Part shown: in pieces, positions 1-9,194 of the stretch
Layout of the letters: every line of letters begins with the position of its first letter
Position numbering within the stretch: position 1 is the stretch's first letter
Virus record (IMG/VR): IMGVR_UViG_3300020477_000030
Location: 1-56,454 of that record
Strand: one strand, 5' to 3'
Source: a virus
Taxonomy: Duplodnaviria; Caudoviricetes
DNA: 56,454 nt
Program-made: the position numbers and the translations under genes
Notes under the pieces: model-generated
Told to the model about the DNA's origin: nothing
Databases searched by the model: none
Seen by the model: only the letters and a program-made list of their open reading frames with translations

Positions 1-439
1 AGCCTTCATCAACCACATCAAACGCATCTGATGCAGCGCCACCATAAGGAACTAAATCTACAACTTGTACTGCCTCGAGAGAAGCAGAGCGTCCCTTACG
101 TTTCTGGTAAGTCCAATCATACGGACGATACAGAACATTTACAATAGACCCATTACCAACTAGTGTATTTAAGATAGGACGCTTCTGTGCATCCATAACA
201 TCTGGAGCAGAGTTAGCCTGTCCAGTTCTACGATTCTTAACTTGACGTTTCAAAGTAATGAAATCACCTCGTTCGTCATCTTTATTTTTGATACGATCTT
301 CAAGACCATCAGCAACTAGGTTTGTAATAGTAGACTCCGAAAGATTACCTACATCAATCTTCCATTCACCATCTTCATTGAAAGTGGTATTTGGTGTAGT
401 GATCGAAGCCCAATAAGCCGTGCCATTAATTACGCCCAT
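1..439 (-). CDS. single-stranded DNA-binding protein, T7 gp2.5-like (3' end outside window; not in ORF track)
   Basis: Hand translation from ATG at 439 with AAGGAG RBS: MGVINGTAYWASITTPNTTFNEDGEWKID...VGNGSIVNVLYRPYDW...LEAVQVVDLVPYGG. The GNGS and L.AVQV motifs fit the gp2.5-like OB fold, and the gene lies downstream of the DNA polymerase. Confidence 0.8.
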   Translation of the reverse strand, partial: MGVINGTAYWASITTPNTTFNEDGEWKIDVGNLSESTITNLVADGLEDRIKNKDDERGDFITLKRQVKNRRTGQANSAPDVMDAQKRPILNTLVGNGSIVNVLYRPYDWTYQKRKGRSASLEAVQVVDLVPYGGAASDAFDVVDEG

Positions 440-490
440 AGTATTTTCTCCTTACATGTTAGCAGATATCTCTGCATGGTTTCAAAACGA

Positions 491-519
491 ATTATACATG
501 GTATATAACTAGGAGTCAA
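491..519 (-). promoter_or_regulatory. sigma70-type promoter for SSB
   Basis: Minus strand TTGACT-17 nt-TATAAT. Confidence 0.75.
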
Positions 520-1033
520 CAGTTATTTTTTCAAATATCATATTCCTTTTAAAATTATTTATATCTTCCATTCGTATGCGGGTAATTAAATCTTTGTTTC
601 CTGCTCGTTGATAACATTTATATTTAGCTTCATAAGCAGAGGACACTCTATCATCTTGATCAACCCTTTCTTCACAAAAGTTTTTTAACTCTTCTCTTGA
701 AGCTAATATAAAATCTTTTTCTCTTTCAAAAGCAATATAATCAGCTTCTCCATATAACCATCCAGGATTACCTCTTACATTTTTAAACTCAATCCAATTC
801 CATACATCATCAAATGTATTATCAGACCTATTTGCTTTTTTTCTAGCTTTAACATCTACACTAAATTTAAAACGATCATGTTCTAAAAAGAAATCAACAT
901 GCTTATACATATTTTGTTCTCGACTTGCCTTACGAACTATAAAATTTTCTTGTTGTGCTGCCTTAACAAACTTCTCTTCACTCTGTTTACCTATATTAAA
1001 ACTTTTACTTCTCTTTAATGTGTTTGTAGCCAT
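509..1033 (-). CDS. PD-(D/E)xK family endonuclease
   Basis: E(19)...HVDF...VDVK pattern typical of restriction-like nucleases; sits in the replication module. Confidence 0.65.
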   Translation of the reverse strand: MATNTLKRSKSFNIGKQSEEKFVKAAQQENFIVRKASREQNMYKHVDFFLEHDRFKFSVDVKARKKANRSDNTFDDVWNWIEFKNVRGNPGWLYGEADYIAFEREKDFILASREELKNFCEERVDQDDRVSSAYEAKYKCYQRAGNKDLITRIRMEDINNFKRNMIFEKITVDS

Positions 1034-2649
1034 GTGGTTCCTACTTTGTGTTCACTATCCAAAGGACAGTTTAAGTTTAAAGTTTTTGCTGTCTTAGTCA
1101 TAGTATACTTGGTAATCTCTGTAAATCTTTTTACATCCTGGTCCGCTACTTCAAACTGATATTCATCATGAATACTCCCTACTAGTTTAACATCAAGACC
1201 TGAAGCATACACTTCAGCCATCATGTGTACAAGCCATTGCTTACATACGACTGCACCTGCACCTTGAATGAGAGTATTCAAAGCAGAGAATGAATTTCGT
1301 ATGTGCAATAACCTACCATCAAGTCCTTTGATCAAGCCTGATTCAGCAGCTTCCGTAACTTGATTACGAAGGTTACGAAGTTTAGGCATGTTCTTTAGGA
1401 AACGATTAGTAAGTTCTTGTCCTTCCTTGGCAGACCCACCTACTACAGAACCGATCTTAGCTGGACCTGCACCATACATCAATGCATAAATAAATGTTTT
1501 GGCTTGGGATCGATCTTCTAATCCAGCCATCTTCATATTAGCTGTATGTACATCACCATTAACAACTTCCTCAATGAAAGTTTGATCTTTCATATAAGAA
1601 GCTAAGACACGTAGCTCAAGACCTGAAGCATCTGTGCCTACTAACTTATGGGTGTGGGGATTACTAACGGTCCAAAGTTCACGACACTCAGCACCATAGG
1701 GAGAGTACGAAGCTGGCACCTGTGCCATATTAGGATTGTTGTGTGCCATTCTCCCTGTGATTGTTTTAAGTGTCATGACTTTTCCATGAACTCTGCCTTC
1801 ATCCCCACACTTCTCTATCCAAGATCGAATCTGGGCTATGCGCTTCTGTAATAAAAGATAGCGACTAAACATCTTAGCCTCGTCCATGTCAATCTTAGAT
1901 AAAACTTCATCATTAACTATAATGTTTCCTTTTTCTGTATATAGTTCTGGTTGCCATCCTCTGTCTTGTAGAACAGTAGCAATCTGTTGACGAGAACCAA
2001 TGTTAAAAGGAATATATTTTGTTTTAGTTTTTAATTCTACCTTAGTAGGTGGAACCATCTCTTGTGCTTTGTCACTTAATTCATTGGCTTCGTCTTCAAG
2101 TGTAGCTAAGAGTGTTTGTCCTTTCCTCATGTTAAAAGCAAAGCCATTGCGTTCCTGTTGATCAATGATAGCGCGTACTTTATATTCTAAATGTTTAGAC
2201 TTAGTAGAAAATCTTTTACCTTCTTCTTTTAAAACTTCATATACCTTAGAAGTAATATGTGTATCCTGTTTACAATACTCCAACATATCGGGAGAATAAT
2301 AATCAAAGTTATCCACATCTCCTTTAGGCATTTGTAATTTGTCACCCCATGCTTTTAGGGAATGACCTTCAGAACGAATAGGATTATATAGTTGTGACAT
2401 AATAAGAGTATCTTCGATTTGATTAAGTTGAATATTCATCTGAAGTAATTTGTTTAACCAGTACCCATCAAAGTTAATTCCATTATGCATAATAAGTTTA
2501 TCATATCTCTTTGTCCAAGCAGGAAACTTTTCGCATTCATCTTCTGCCCAGGTAAATATTTCTTTAGTCTCTGTGTCTTTAGCTACTATACAATGTAGCT
2601 TAGTAGCATCTAGTCCATCTGTTTCGATATCTACTATACAATCAGACAT
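1015..2649 (-). CDS. DNA polymerase family A (3'-5' exo + polymerase), T7-like Tyr762 type
   Basis: Exo I DIETDG, Exo II HNGINFD, Exo III YCKQD; motif A DASGLELR; motif B RSQAKTFIYALMYG; motif C HDE. Confidence 0.97.
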   Translation of the reverse strand: MSDCIVDIETDGLDATKLHCIVAKDTETKEIFTWAEDECEKFPAWTKRYDKLIMHNGINFDGYWLNKLLQMNIQLNQIEDTLIMSQLYNPIRSEGHSLKAWGDKLQMPKGDVDNFDYYSPDMLEYCKQDTHITSKVYEVLKEEGKRFSTKSKHLEYKVRAIIDQQERNGFAFNMRKGQTLLATLEDEANELSDKAQEMVPPTKVELKTKTKYIPFNIGSRQQIATVLQDRGWQPELYTEKGNIIVNDEVLSKIDMDEAKMFSRYLLLQKRIAQIRSWIEKCGDEGRVHGKVMTLKTITGRMAHNNPNMAQVPASYSPYGAECRELWTVSNPHTHKLVGTDASGLELRVLASYMKDQTFIEEVVNGDVHTANMKMAGLEDRSQAKTFIYALMYGAGPAKIGSVVGGSAKEGQELTNRFLKNMPKLRNLRNQVTEAAESGLIKGLDGRLLHIRNSFSALNTLIQGAGAVVCKQWLVHMMAEVYASGLDVKLVGSIHDEYQFEVADQDVKRFTEITKYTMTKTAKTLNLNCPLDSEHKVGTTWLQTH

Positions 2650-4283
2650 TAAAAAGGAATCTCCTCGTCTGTTTCTGTATCAGCATCAAAAGGATTATCA
2701 ATCTGATTCAGCCTTCCTGTTTCTTTATCATAGAAAAGATAACTAGCAATACCAGTATCACCTGTGTATCTGTTCTTCAGAATACGAATAACAGTTGTAT
2801 TAGATTCAACCTCATCTGTTGCTTGCTGGTTTCTTTCCAACCCAATAACACTATCACTTAGATGTGCAATACTAGCACTTCCGCGAAGATGTGACAAGGT
2901 AATTTCTTTACCATTCTCATGACCAACATCACCTGATGGTCTCCTTAGATGAGATACCAATAACAATCCACAACCTGTTTCTTCTACAAGACTACGAAGT
3001 TTAGTCATCAGAACATCAATAGACTTACGTTCATCACCAAATTCTTCTTGACCTGATACCAGGATAGACAAGTGATCAAGAACAATCCAACGACACTCCA
3101 ATGCCTTTGCCATAAACCTGACACGATTTAATATTTCATCATTTCCTATCGAGCCAAAGTGATCAAAGGCAAAGAACCTTCCTGTTCCAATAGTATTTTT
3201 CTGGAACTTAACTAAGTCTTTCTTATCAAACTGATCTCGTATTTCTTTAATGTATAATCTAGCATTGGCTTCTACTGACATGATATTAAAAGCTGTTGTA
3301 CGAATGCTTTCTTCCATAGCCAATACACCAATGTTATCCTCTGTGTTCTTTAACAAATGGTACATAAGCTCTCGAATAATACTAGACTTACCCATGCCAG
3401 CACCACTAGTAAATGTTACTAGCTCTCCTGTCCTCATTCCGTAAGTCTTTTCGTTAAGACCTGACCAAGGATAGAGACAAGTCTCAAAGTGAGCTTCATC
3501 ATATAAAGAATCTTGTAAAGAATCTAGATTAATAATACCTGCTGGTGTAAACGGTTTAGCGTTCCACCATTCTTCTGTAAATTTCTTACGCTTATTCATC
3601 TTGAGATATTCATTAGCATCTTTATATTCAAGATGAATGATACGACATTTGTTAGGCTCAAACAATTGAGCTACTTTTTCTGCTGCTTCTTTTCCAGGTT
3701 TGTCAGAATCAAAACACAGAACTACATTGTCAAAACTATTAAGATACTCATAAGCTTTTTTACAATCACGTAAAGCAGCTTGCGCTCCAGACTTTACAGA
3801 TACTGAAGGCCACTTAGAACCTAGTAATTCATAAGCAGACATAGCATCTAACTCACCTTCACAAACAGTTACATACTTTCCTCTAGGTGTAAATATATTT
3901 TGTCCAAATAATCCTGCACTTTGAATGTCACCTTCAGACCAAAACTTTTTACCTTCAACTTGCTTAACTTTATTACCAGTAAATTCTCCTTTATCATTAT
4001 AGTATTGATAGATGTGATGAGTAACAGTTGATCCTGTTGTTTTAACATATGTATTATATTTTTTACAGGTAGCTGCACTGATCTTTCGATCATCAATTCC
4101 CTTCATTTCTCCTGTTGAAAAACCTTCTTTCTTATTCTGCATTGGTACTACCACTTGTTCAACCCTCTCATTAAAATGTGTATCACAAGAAAAACAATGT
4201 GAATAACCATCTGAATGTTTTACATTAGCATCGCTTGATCCACATTCAGGACACTCTCCTCTTTCTAACCATTTACCAGACAT
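2649..4283 (-). CDS. DNA primase/helicase (T7 gp4-like)
   Basis: N-terminal Zn ribbon CPEC...CFSC, TOPRIM EGELD/FDSD, Walker A SGAGMGKS, VLDHL, LRGS, KNRYTG, acidic C-terminal tail. Confidence 0.97.
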   Translation of the reverse strand: MSGKWLERGECPECGSSDANVKHSDGYSHCFSCDTHFNERVEQVVVPMQNKKEGFSTGEMKGIDDRKISAATCKKYNTYVKTTGSTVTHHIYQYYNDKGEFTGNKVKQVEGKKFWSEGDIQSAGLFGQNIFTPRGKYVTVCEGELDAMSAYELLGSKWPSVSVKSGAQAALRDCKKAYEYLNSFDNVVLCFDSDKPGKEAAEKVAQLFEPNKCRIIHLEYKDANEYLKMNKRKKFTEEWWNAKPFTPAGIINLDSLQDSLYDEAHFETCLYPWSGLNEKTYGMRTGELVTFTSGAGMGKSSIIRELMYHLLKNTEDNIGVLAMEESIRTTAFNIMSVEANARLYIKEIRDQFDKKDLVKFQKNTIGTGRFFAFDHFGSIGNDEILNRVRFMAKALECRWIVLDHLSILVSGQEEFGDERKSIDVLMTKLRSLVEETGCGLLLVSHLRRPSGDVGHENGKEITLSHLRGSASIAHLSDSVIGLERNQQATDEVESNTTVIRILKNRYTGDTGIASYLFYDKETGRLNQIDNPFDADTETDEEIPF

Positions 4284-4285
4284 TA

Positions 4286-4501
4286 CTATTTCCTAATAAT
4301 AGAGTTGCCAAAATAATTAATAAGAACTTTTCTAGTAAAAGACTCTGTAGGTGCAGTTGGGTAAGGATATATCCAAACAATTTTGTCAGAGTCATAAACA
4401 CAAAGCATCCCTCCTTTCTTTTTACAAAACTTAAAAGAAACTACGTACTTCAAAGAGTGAAGTAAAATAATCTTATTTATAAGTTCATCAATCAAAATCA
4501 T
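4286..4501 (-). CDS. hypothetical protein
   Basis: Tightly packed ORF in the operon; start uncertain. Confidence 0.45.
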   Translation of the reverse strand: MILIDELINKIILLHSLKYVVSFKFCKKKGGMLCVYDSDKIVWIYPYPTAPTESFTRKVLINYFGNSIIRK

Positions 4502-4676
4502 CTAACGCTTGTTCATATAAGTTTTCTGCAAACTCAATCTTATCACTCATGATTTCATTTGTTTCTTCTCTGGCTAGTTTCTTAGCTTCTTTTATATCAT
4601 AACCTTCTTGTCGATATTGCCTTGTAAGAGAACGAAAAACTTGACGTTCTTCTTTCTCCCATAGATTTTTAGACAT
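4488..4676 (-). CDS. hypothetical protein
   Basis: GAGG RBS, tight packing, charged helical composition. Confidence 0.7.
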   Translation of the reverse strand: MSKNLWEKEERQVFRSLTRQYRQEGYDIKEAKKLAREETNEIMSDKIEFAENLYEQALDDFD

Positions 4677-4679
4677 TGT

Positions 4680-4922
4680 TTAATCCTCGTTGTCATTATC
4701 ATTAGTAGGTAGATCAGGAAAATAATCTTTAACAAACTCTATAATCTCTGATTGTTTATGTGGATCATATCCATTTTCTACCATGAATAAAAATAAAACG
4801 TGTACACAATCCTCCCATTCTTCTTCTGATACTAAATCAAGATAAGCATTTTTCTTTTCTTCTATAGCTTCTTTAATAGAAAGAAAATCAAATACTTGAC
4901 AAGGTTCTTTCTCTTCATTCAT
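4680..4922 (-). CDS. hypothetical acidic protein
   Basis: Overlaps the stop of the upstream ORF. Confidence 0.65.
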   Translation of the reverse strand: MNEEKEPCQVFDFLSIKEAIEEKKNAYLDLVSEEEWEDCVHVLFLFMVENGYDPHKQSEIIEFVKDYFPDLPTNDNDNED

Positions 4923-5127
4923 TTAATTTTAAATCCATTTGATTAGGGTCTGGTTTATTATCAGCCCACTTAGTATCGACTAGATGTTTTATTCTTTGAT
5001 GAGCTTGATTAAGTTGTCCTTGTAATTCTTTAATATTTTTTTGTAGTATCATATTCTCTCTTAATAAATCATCTGTTTGTCCCATGTCATATACTCCAGT
5101 GTATAGTAAGTCTTTGATACGTCCCAT
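4915..5127 (-). CDS. hypothetical coiled-coil protein
   Basis: GAGG RBS, own promoter, heptad pattern. Confidence 0.7.
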   Translation of the reverse strand: MGRIKDLLYTGVYDMGQTDDLLRENMILQKNIKELQGQLNQAHQRIKHLVDTKWADNKPDPNQMDLKLNE

Positions 5128-5147
5128 TATTACCTCGTTTCAAACGA

Positions 5148-5176
5148 ATAATATCATATTTTAAAGCCTTAGTCAA
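5148..5176 (-). promoter_or_regulatory. sigma70-type promoter
   Basis: Minus strand TTGACT-17 nt-TATTAT with extended TG. Confidence 0.65.
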
Positions 5177-5645
5177 CATAGAAAATGTGTATTCCTATTT
5201 GTCCTAGCTTTTCCATATAGTTAGCCCAGCTTGGGTTAACATAACTAGCATGGTAATGAGTGGCTCCCAAGAGCGGCATTACCATGACACCTTTTAAAGC
5301 AAGACCAGCTACATCATAAGCTGTATCTAATGCTTTCTTATCTATGTTAGTCCATTCTTTTTTACCATCACAAAAATAACTAAAGGCACAACGGTTTCTA
5401 ATTATGTTACCTTCCCATCTGTGTCCCGCATGAACTACTTTACAAATAGTATCTGGAAACTTATGTAAGTTAGTTCTTTCCAGGATAACATTTGCTACAG
5501 CTAACTGACCAACAAAAGGTTCAGATCGAGCTTCATGATAGATAGCTTCCACTAAACATTTAAGTTCGTCTGTTTCTTCTTGACTATATGCTACAGAAGA
5601 AAATAGAACTAAGATAAATATTATACTTAATTTTATGCTCGCCAT
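5169..5645 (-). CDS. cell wall hydrolase, SleB/Hydrolase_2 family, with signal peptide
   Basis: CLVEAIYHEARSE, GQLAVANVI, FPDTICKVV, FSYFCDG, GATHYHA, IGIHIFY; hydrophobic N-terminus. Confidence 0.92.
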   Translation of the reverse strand: MASIKLSIIFILVLFSSVAYSQEETDELKCLVEAIYHEARSEPFVGQLAVANVILERTNLHKFPDTICKVVHAGHRWEGNIIRNRCAFSYFCDGKKEWTNIDKKALDTAYDVAGLALKGVMVMPLLGATHYHASYVNPSWANYMEKLGQIGIHIFYVD

Positions 5646-5845
5646 GCTCCTATCTCTAACCCCACTCGTTCTCTTTGTAAAGCTGTTAGATCAGTTATTA
5701 AAGTATTTAAACTTTCAATACTTTCTTCTTTAACACTTTGTAAATAAGTAGTATTTTCTTTGCTATCCCATTCACTATTACTGTATACAAAATTTATTTT
5801 TGTACGCACATCTTGGAGAGAATGAATTAGATTAGTTAAATGCAT
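5633..5845 (-). CDS. hypothetical protein
   Basis: AGGAGG RBS, tight packing. Confidence 0.65.
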   Translation of the reverse strand: MHLTNLIHSLQDVRTKINFVYSNSEWDSKENTTYLQSVKEESIESLNTLITDLTALQRERVGLEIGAWRA

Positions 5846-5943
5846 AATAACCTCCTATATTAGTGCTTCTACAATCATTCTGATTAAGTAAATAAATAAT
5901 TCTGGTATGTCTCTTGGATAAGGTTGTCCTATAAAAAATACCA

Positions 5944-6141
5944 TCAGTGTAGTCTCCAAATATGTATATTGTTTTCTTTCTGTTCCTCCATATCAATATC
6001 CCATAACAGTTCTAACAATTTAGATGCTTCTTCTTTAGTATTAAATATTTCTACAGCGTTACCATGAGCATTAGGTAATGGATGTAGATTTTCTAAACAA
6101 GAAAATAGATTATTAGTATGTTTCTGTACGATGATAAACAT
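5944..6141 (-). CDS. hypothetical protein (likely start MFIIV at 6141)
   Basis: Trimmed from track ORF 5944..6228 to avoid a long overlap. Confidence 0.55.
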   Translation of the reverse strand: MFIIVQKHTNNLFSCLENLHPLPNAHGNAVEIFNTKEEASKLLELLWDIDMEEQKENNIHIWRLH

Positions 6142-6313
6142 TTTTAGACCTGCACTTTCTCTTATCCTCCTGCTTCTTTTTATTGGGAATAACTTGATGT
6201 TGCCTACGTTGTTTCCAATAAGGATCACGCATACCAGCTTTGTGTATACGTTCTACCTTACGTCTTCCATTAGTTATATACTTTAATGGAGTCGAGATAT
6301 CGATTGTATTCAT
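6113..6313 (-). CDS. hypothetical basic protein
   Basis: GGAG RBS; Arg/Lys-rich ORF in the operon. Confidence 0.5.
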   Translation of the reverse strand: MNTIDISTPLKYITNGRRKVERIHKAGMRDPYWKQRRQHQVIPNKKKQEDKRKCRSKNVYHRTETY

Positions 6314-6488
6314 GCTCCCATTCCTCTAACTCTCTATTTAATATCTTGTTACACCTTCTAACTGATACATCACTGATAGAAGTTGCATCACTATGCCTTA
6401 GAATAACTGTATCTAACGATTCACCACAGATAGTATCTACTGATAAGCCTATCTGAATATGGTCATGAAACTTAAATCGTTGCGACAT
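6270..6488 (-). CDS. hypothetical protein (start MSQRF at 6488)
   Basis: AAGGAG RBS and a promoter directly upstream. Confidence 0.65.
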   Translation of the reverse strand: MSQRFKFHDHIQIGLSVDTICGESLDTVILRHSDATSISDVSVRRCNKILNRELEEWEHEYNRYLDSIKVYN

Positions 6489-6510
6489 ATTTCTCTCCTT
6501 TAATTTGTAT

Positions 6511-6539
6511 ATTATACCACATAATAATGTGATGTGCAA
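6511..6539 (-). promoter_or_regulatory. sigma70-type promoter
   Basis: Minus strand TTGCAC-17 nt-TATAAT with extended TG. Confidence 0.7.
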
Positions 6540-6540
6540 T

Positions 6541-6702
6541 CTATGATCCAATAAATCCTTCTCTAATTTTTACCTTTAATTCGCTTAACGATTTAGCAAT
6601 ATGAAAAGTAGAATCAGTAGCTTTAAGATCATTGACTTGATCTATTAAGTCATTGATATCACCAAACAATTCTGGAATTAATCCTGTTCGATAGTCTGAC
6701 AT
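6541..6702 (-). CDS. hypothetical protein, 53 aa (not in ORF track)
   Basis: AGGAG RBS; MSDYRTGLIPELFGDIND...REGFIGS; fills the gap. Confidence 0.65.
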   Translation of the reverse strand: MSDYRTGLIPELFGDINDLIDQVNDLKATDSTFHIAKSLSELKVKIREGFIGS

Positions 6703-6711
6703 TTTAAACTC

Positions 6712-7401
6712 CTAATGTTGTGACAGATGTACAAACTGTTGACGTTGTAAAGTTGATGGACTGAAACATCCAGCCTTACAGATAGCGCAATGTCCTTTTA
6801 ATTTCTTGTGAGTCTTAGGACACAAGAACATTTTTATATCAGAGTCAGGAACATTAGTCAAGTCTTCATCTCCATAGAACATTATGTTCCAGCCATCTGA
6901 TCGTAACATATTCCAGTCATCTTTAGAATCTGATGGATCAAGACTGGCATTAATAGCTACATTTTTAATAGGAAATAATACTTTCTCTATTAAAGATTTA
7001 AGTAAATTATTATGCCATGCCCTTGTTGGAATCCACCAGTCTGTATTAGGATTATCTTCTACTATGTTACGTACTTTATGTACATCTATGTAGTTCACAA
7101 ACGCTTCTCCTCTAGTCATTAAGCGTACTCGCTTTGTTTGTTTACGCTTCCGTTGAAGAAAAGGTTTGATAGAATACGGATCAAGATTTTGCCAGATACT
7201 TTCTATCCTATCATCTCGATCATGCATCTTGGGATAGAGTTTATATAATTTGTTATTGAAACAAGTATCCATGCAAAACTTTGTCTTGTGTACACATGAT
7301 CCTTTATGATTTGTAGTGTCATTGATAGGACGGTCAATAGCAAACTGTCCTATGTCATCACACCAGCGAAAGAGATCGTTCAGTTCTTTAGTTGTAGTCA
7401 T
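6712..7401 (-). CDS. Gp88-like cysteine-cluster protein
   Basis: GSC-x6-C-x3-C, RVRLMTRGE, WIPTR, C-terminal CP...CAIC..GC, resembling the phage GP88 family. Confidence 0.65.
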   Translation of the reverse strand: MTTTKELNDLFRWCDDIGQFAIDRPINDTTNHKGSCVHKTKFCMDTCFNNKLYKLYPKMHDRDDRIESIWQNLDPYSIKPFLQRKRKQTKRVRLMTRGEAFVNYIDVHKVRNIVEDNPNTDWWIPTRAWHNNLLKSLIEKVLFPIKNVAINASLDPSDSKDDWNMLRSDGWNIMFYGDEDLTNVPDSDIKMFLCPKTHKKLKGHCAICKAGCFSPSTLQRQQFVHLSQH

Positions 7402-7402
7402 C

Positions 7403-7696
7403 TTATGTATCCTTAGGGTTATTTAACATCTCGTCATAGATAGTTGTTAATTCACCTATAACATCTGAAAGAAAATCTAAGTGGTATATGTTCCATCCAT
7501 AACAATTTTCAAGAGCCTTTTTATCGTGAGCCTCACGCCTCCACTCTTCAAGTCTTTTCTTTGTTGTAGGTGATGGTCGTGCCTCACCATAAACATCCGA
7601 CCACGTAAATGTTATGCTTTCACCCATTAAACTAACTCCTTTTACATTGTATCCTTTACGTAAGATAATAGTTGCAATATCCTTCCTTGTCATCAA
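7403..7696 (-). CDS. hypothetical protein
   Basis: Packed ORF in the early operon. Confidence 0.55.
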   Translation of the reverse strand: MMTRKDIATIILRKGYNVKGVSLMGESITFTWSDVYGEARPSPTTKKRLEEWRREAHDKKALENCYGWNIYHLDFLSDVIGELTTIYDEMLNNPKDT

Positions 7697-7883
7697 TGAT
7701 TGTTACATCTACGCCATCTACTTCTTCAATTTGCCAAGCATTATCAGACAGTTCACCTGCCTTATCCTCTGCCTTTCGGCGAATGTATTCTATTTCAGTA
7801 TCGTTTAGTTCTCTGTCACTTTCAATCGTGACAGTAGCACTCTGTTGAACAGTACGATACACTGTTACTTGATACTCTTTCAT
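7656..7883 (-). CDS. hypothetical acidic protein
   Basis: GGAG RBS; typical small early phage protein. Confidence 0.65.
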   Translation of the reverse strand: MKEYQVTVYRTVQQSATVTIESDRELNDTEIEYIRRKAEDKAGELSDNAWQIEEVDGVDVTIIDDKEGYCNYYLT

Positions 7884-7901
7884 CTTTCTTTACTCCAGTA
7901 A

Positions 7902-8162
7902 TTATCTTCGTATATTTTTAGGTAATGTTCCACAAGTAGGACATTTGATTTCATCAACTTTAACTTGATACTTTACTCCATACTTATGACAGATACCTCC
8001 TCTAAGAAATATCTGATGAGGTAAACGAACTTCTTTTACATGTAGTCTCCCATCTAATAAATGAATAGTTTGTAAGTTATGAATAAGATCATCATTCTGA
8101 CTTACTCCTTGAGGAATTACTGTATAATTCCAGGGCTTGTCATTGACATGTATAATATTCAT
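7902..8162 (-). CDS. hypothetical protein with C-terminal CxxC
   Basis: ATGA coupling with the upstream gene; CPTC. Confidence 0.6.
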   Translation of the reverse strand: MNIIHVNDKPWNYTVIPQGVSQNDDLIHNLQTIHLLDGRLHVKEVRLPHQIFLRGGICHKYGVKYQVKVDEIKCPTCGTLPKNIRR

Positions 8163-8935
8163 TTTCTTTTCCTTTCAATGCGAAAGATTTCCTTGGTGTA
8201 GTCTGTCTTCTTAGCTAAGATATTAAACTTATGCCTTGACCTCTTGAGATTGTCAAGGAATTTTTCAAAGTCAAAGGTAGTATTCTCAAACGCCTCCAAT
8301 AACGCTAGTTGAAAAGGCTTCCTATCTAAAACATTCTTATCCAAAGTAGGATTAGTAGGGCATCTTTGTACTCTCTTAATTTTAATCAGCGTATCTTTGA
8401 TATGTTCCCTATTAAAAGAATCATATCTTAATTTACCATCTTTAAATTCCCAACTAGCTTTAGCATATTCAACAGACTTATTAAAGATTGCAATAAGAAC
8501 ACTATTTGATACAAGATTCTCAGTTTTAAATTGTTTATAGGCGTTATATACAGAAAAAGTTTTAGGATTTTTAATCCAGAAATTTAGAAAGTCAGGTAAT
8601 CCCCACTTACGTTGATGAGTATTTAATGTTATTAAGTTTAATATATTTGAACTTGTATCATGTAAAATATTAAAAGGAACTCCTAATGCTAGTGCTGCTT
8701 CTAAACGATGTTGTCCATCTACTACAATAATAGTACCATCATCTTTAACTTGAACTATGATAGGTTGTAAGTGAAGTAGATTATTCTTTTCTATTGATTC
8801 TTTTATTTGTAATACATCATAAGGTAGAACAGTTCTGTTACCATAGATACGTTCTAATTTATGATACATGTCTTCATGAGGATAAACTTTACGTATATAA
8901 CCTGATACTTCTAGATGTTCAAAAGGTGATGACAT
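8159..8935 (-). CDS. ParB/Srx-like N-terminal domain protein
   Basis: LQPIIV...VVDGQHRLEA motif; AGGAG RBS. Confidence 0.8.
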   Translation of the reverse strand: MSSPFEHLEVSGYIRKVYPHEDMYHKLERIYGNRTVLPYDVLQIKESIEKNNLLHLQPIIVQVKDDGTIIVVDGQHRLEAALALGVPFNILHDTSSNILNLITLNTHQRKWGLPDFLNFWIKNPKTFSVYNAYKQFKTENLVSNSVLIAIFNKSVEYAKASWEFKDGKLRYDSFNREHIKDTLIKIKRVQRCPTNPTLDKNVLDRKPFQLALLEAFENTTFDFEKFLDNLKRSRHKFNILAKKTDYTKEIFRIERKRK

Positions 8936-8984
8936 TTTACTTCTCCTATAAAGGACAGTTTAAAGACATGTCCAGGTCTGTAGG

Positions 8985-9182
8985 TTAAGCTACTAGGCGA
9001 TAACGTGTGTACGTATCACCTTCTGGTGTACGTGCCATGACAGGTACAATATCATGGCCCATCTTACGCAAGCGAGAGATGGTAGCAGTCAAGTTCTCTG
9101 CCCATCCATTCTCAATTGCAGTCTTGCGAGTGACTCGATTACGCTTTTTAAGAGCGCGTAGTACCTTTGATTCTGCTGACAT
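8985..9182 (-). CDS. small winged helix-turn-helix DNA-binding protein
   Basis: KVLRAL...VTRKTA...LTATISRLRKMGHDI...YTRYRL pattern. Confidence 0.7.
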   Translation of the reverse strand: MSAESKVLRALKKRNRVTRKTAIENGWAENLTATISRLRKMGHDIVPVMARTPEGDTYTRYRLVA

Positions 9183-9194
9183 TTGGTTTCCTTT

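Noticed and set aside
5855-5944. 29-codon hydrophobic ORF MVFFIGQPYP...
   Set aside because: TGATG coupling is suggestive, but it is too short to call without homologues
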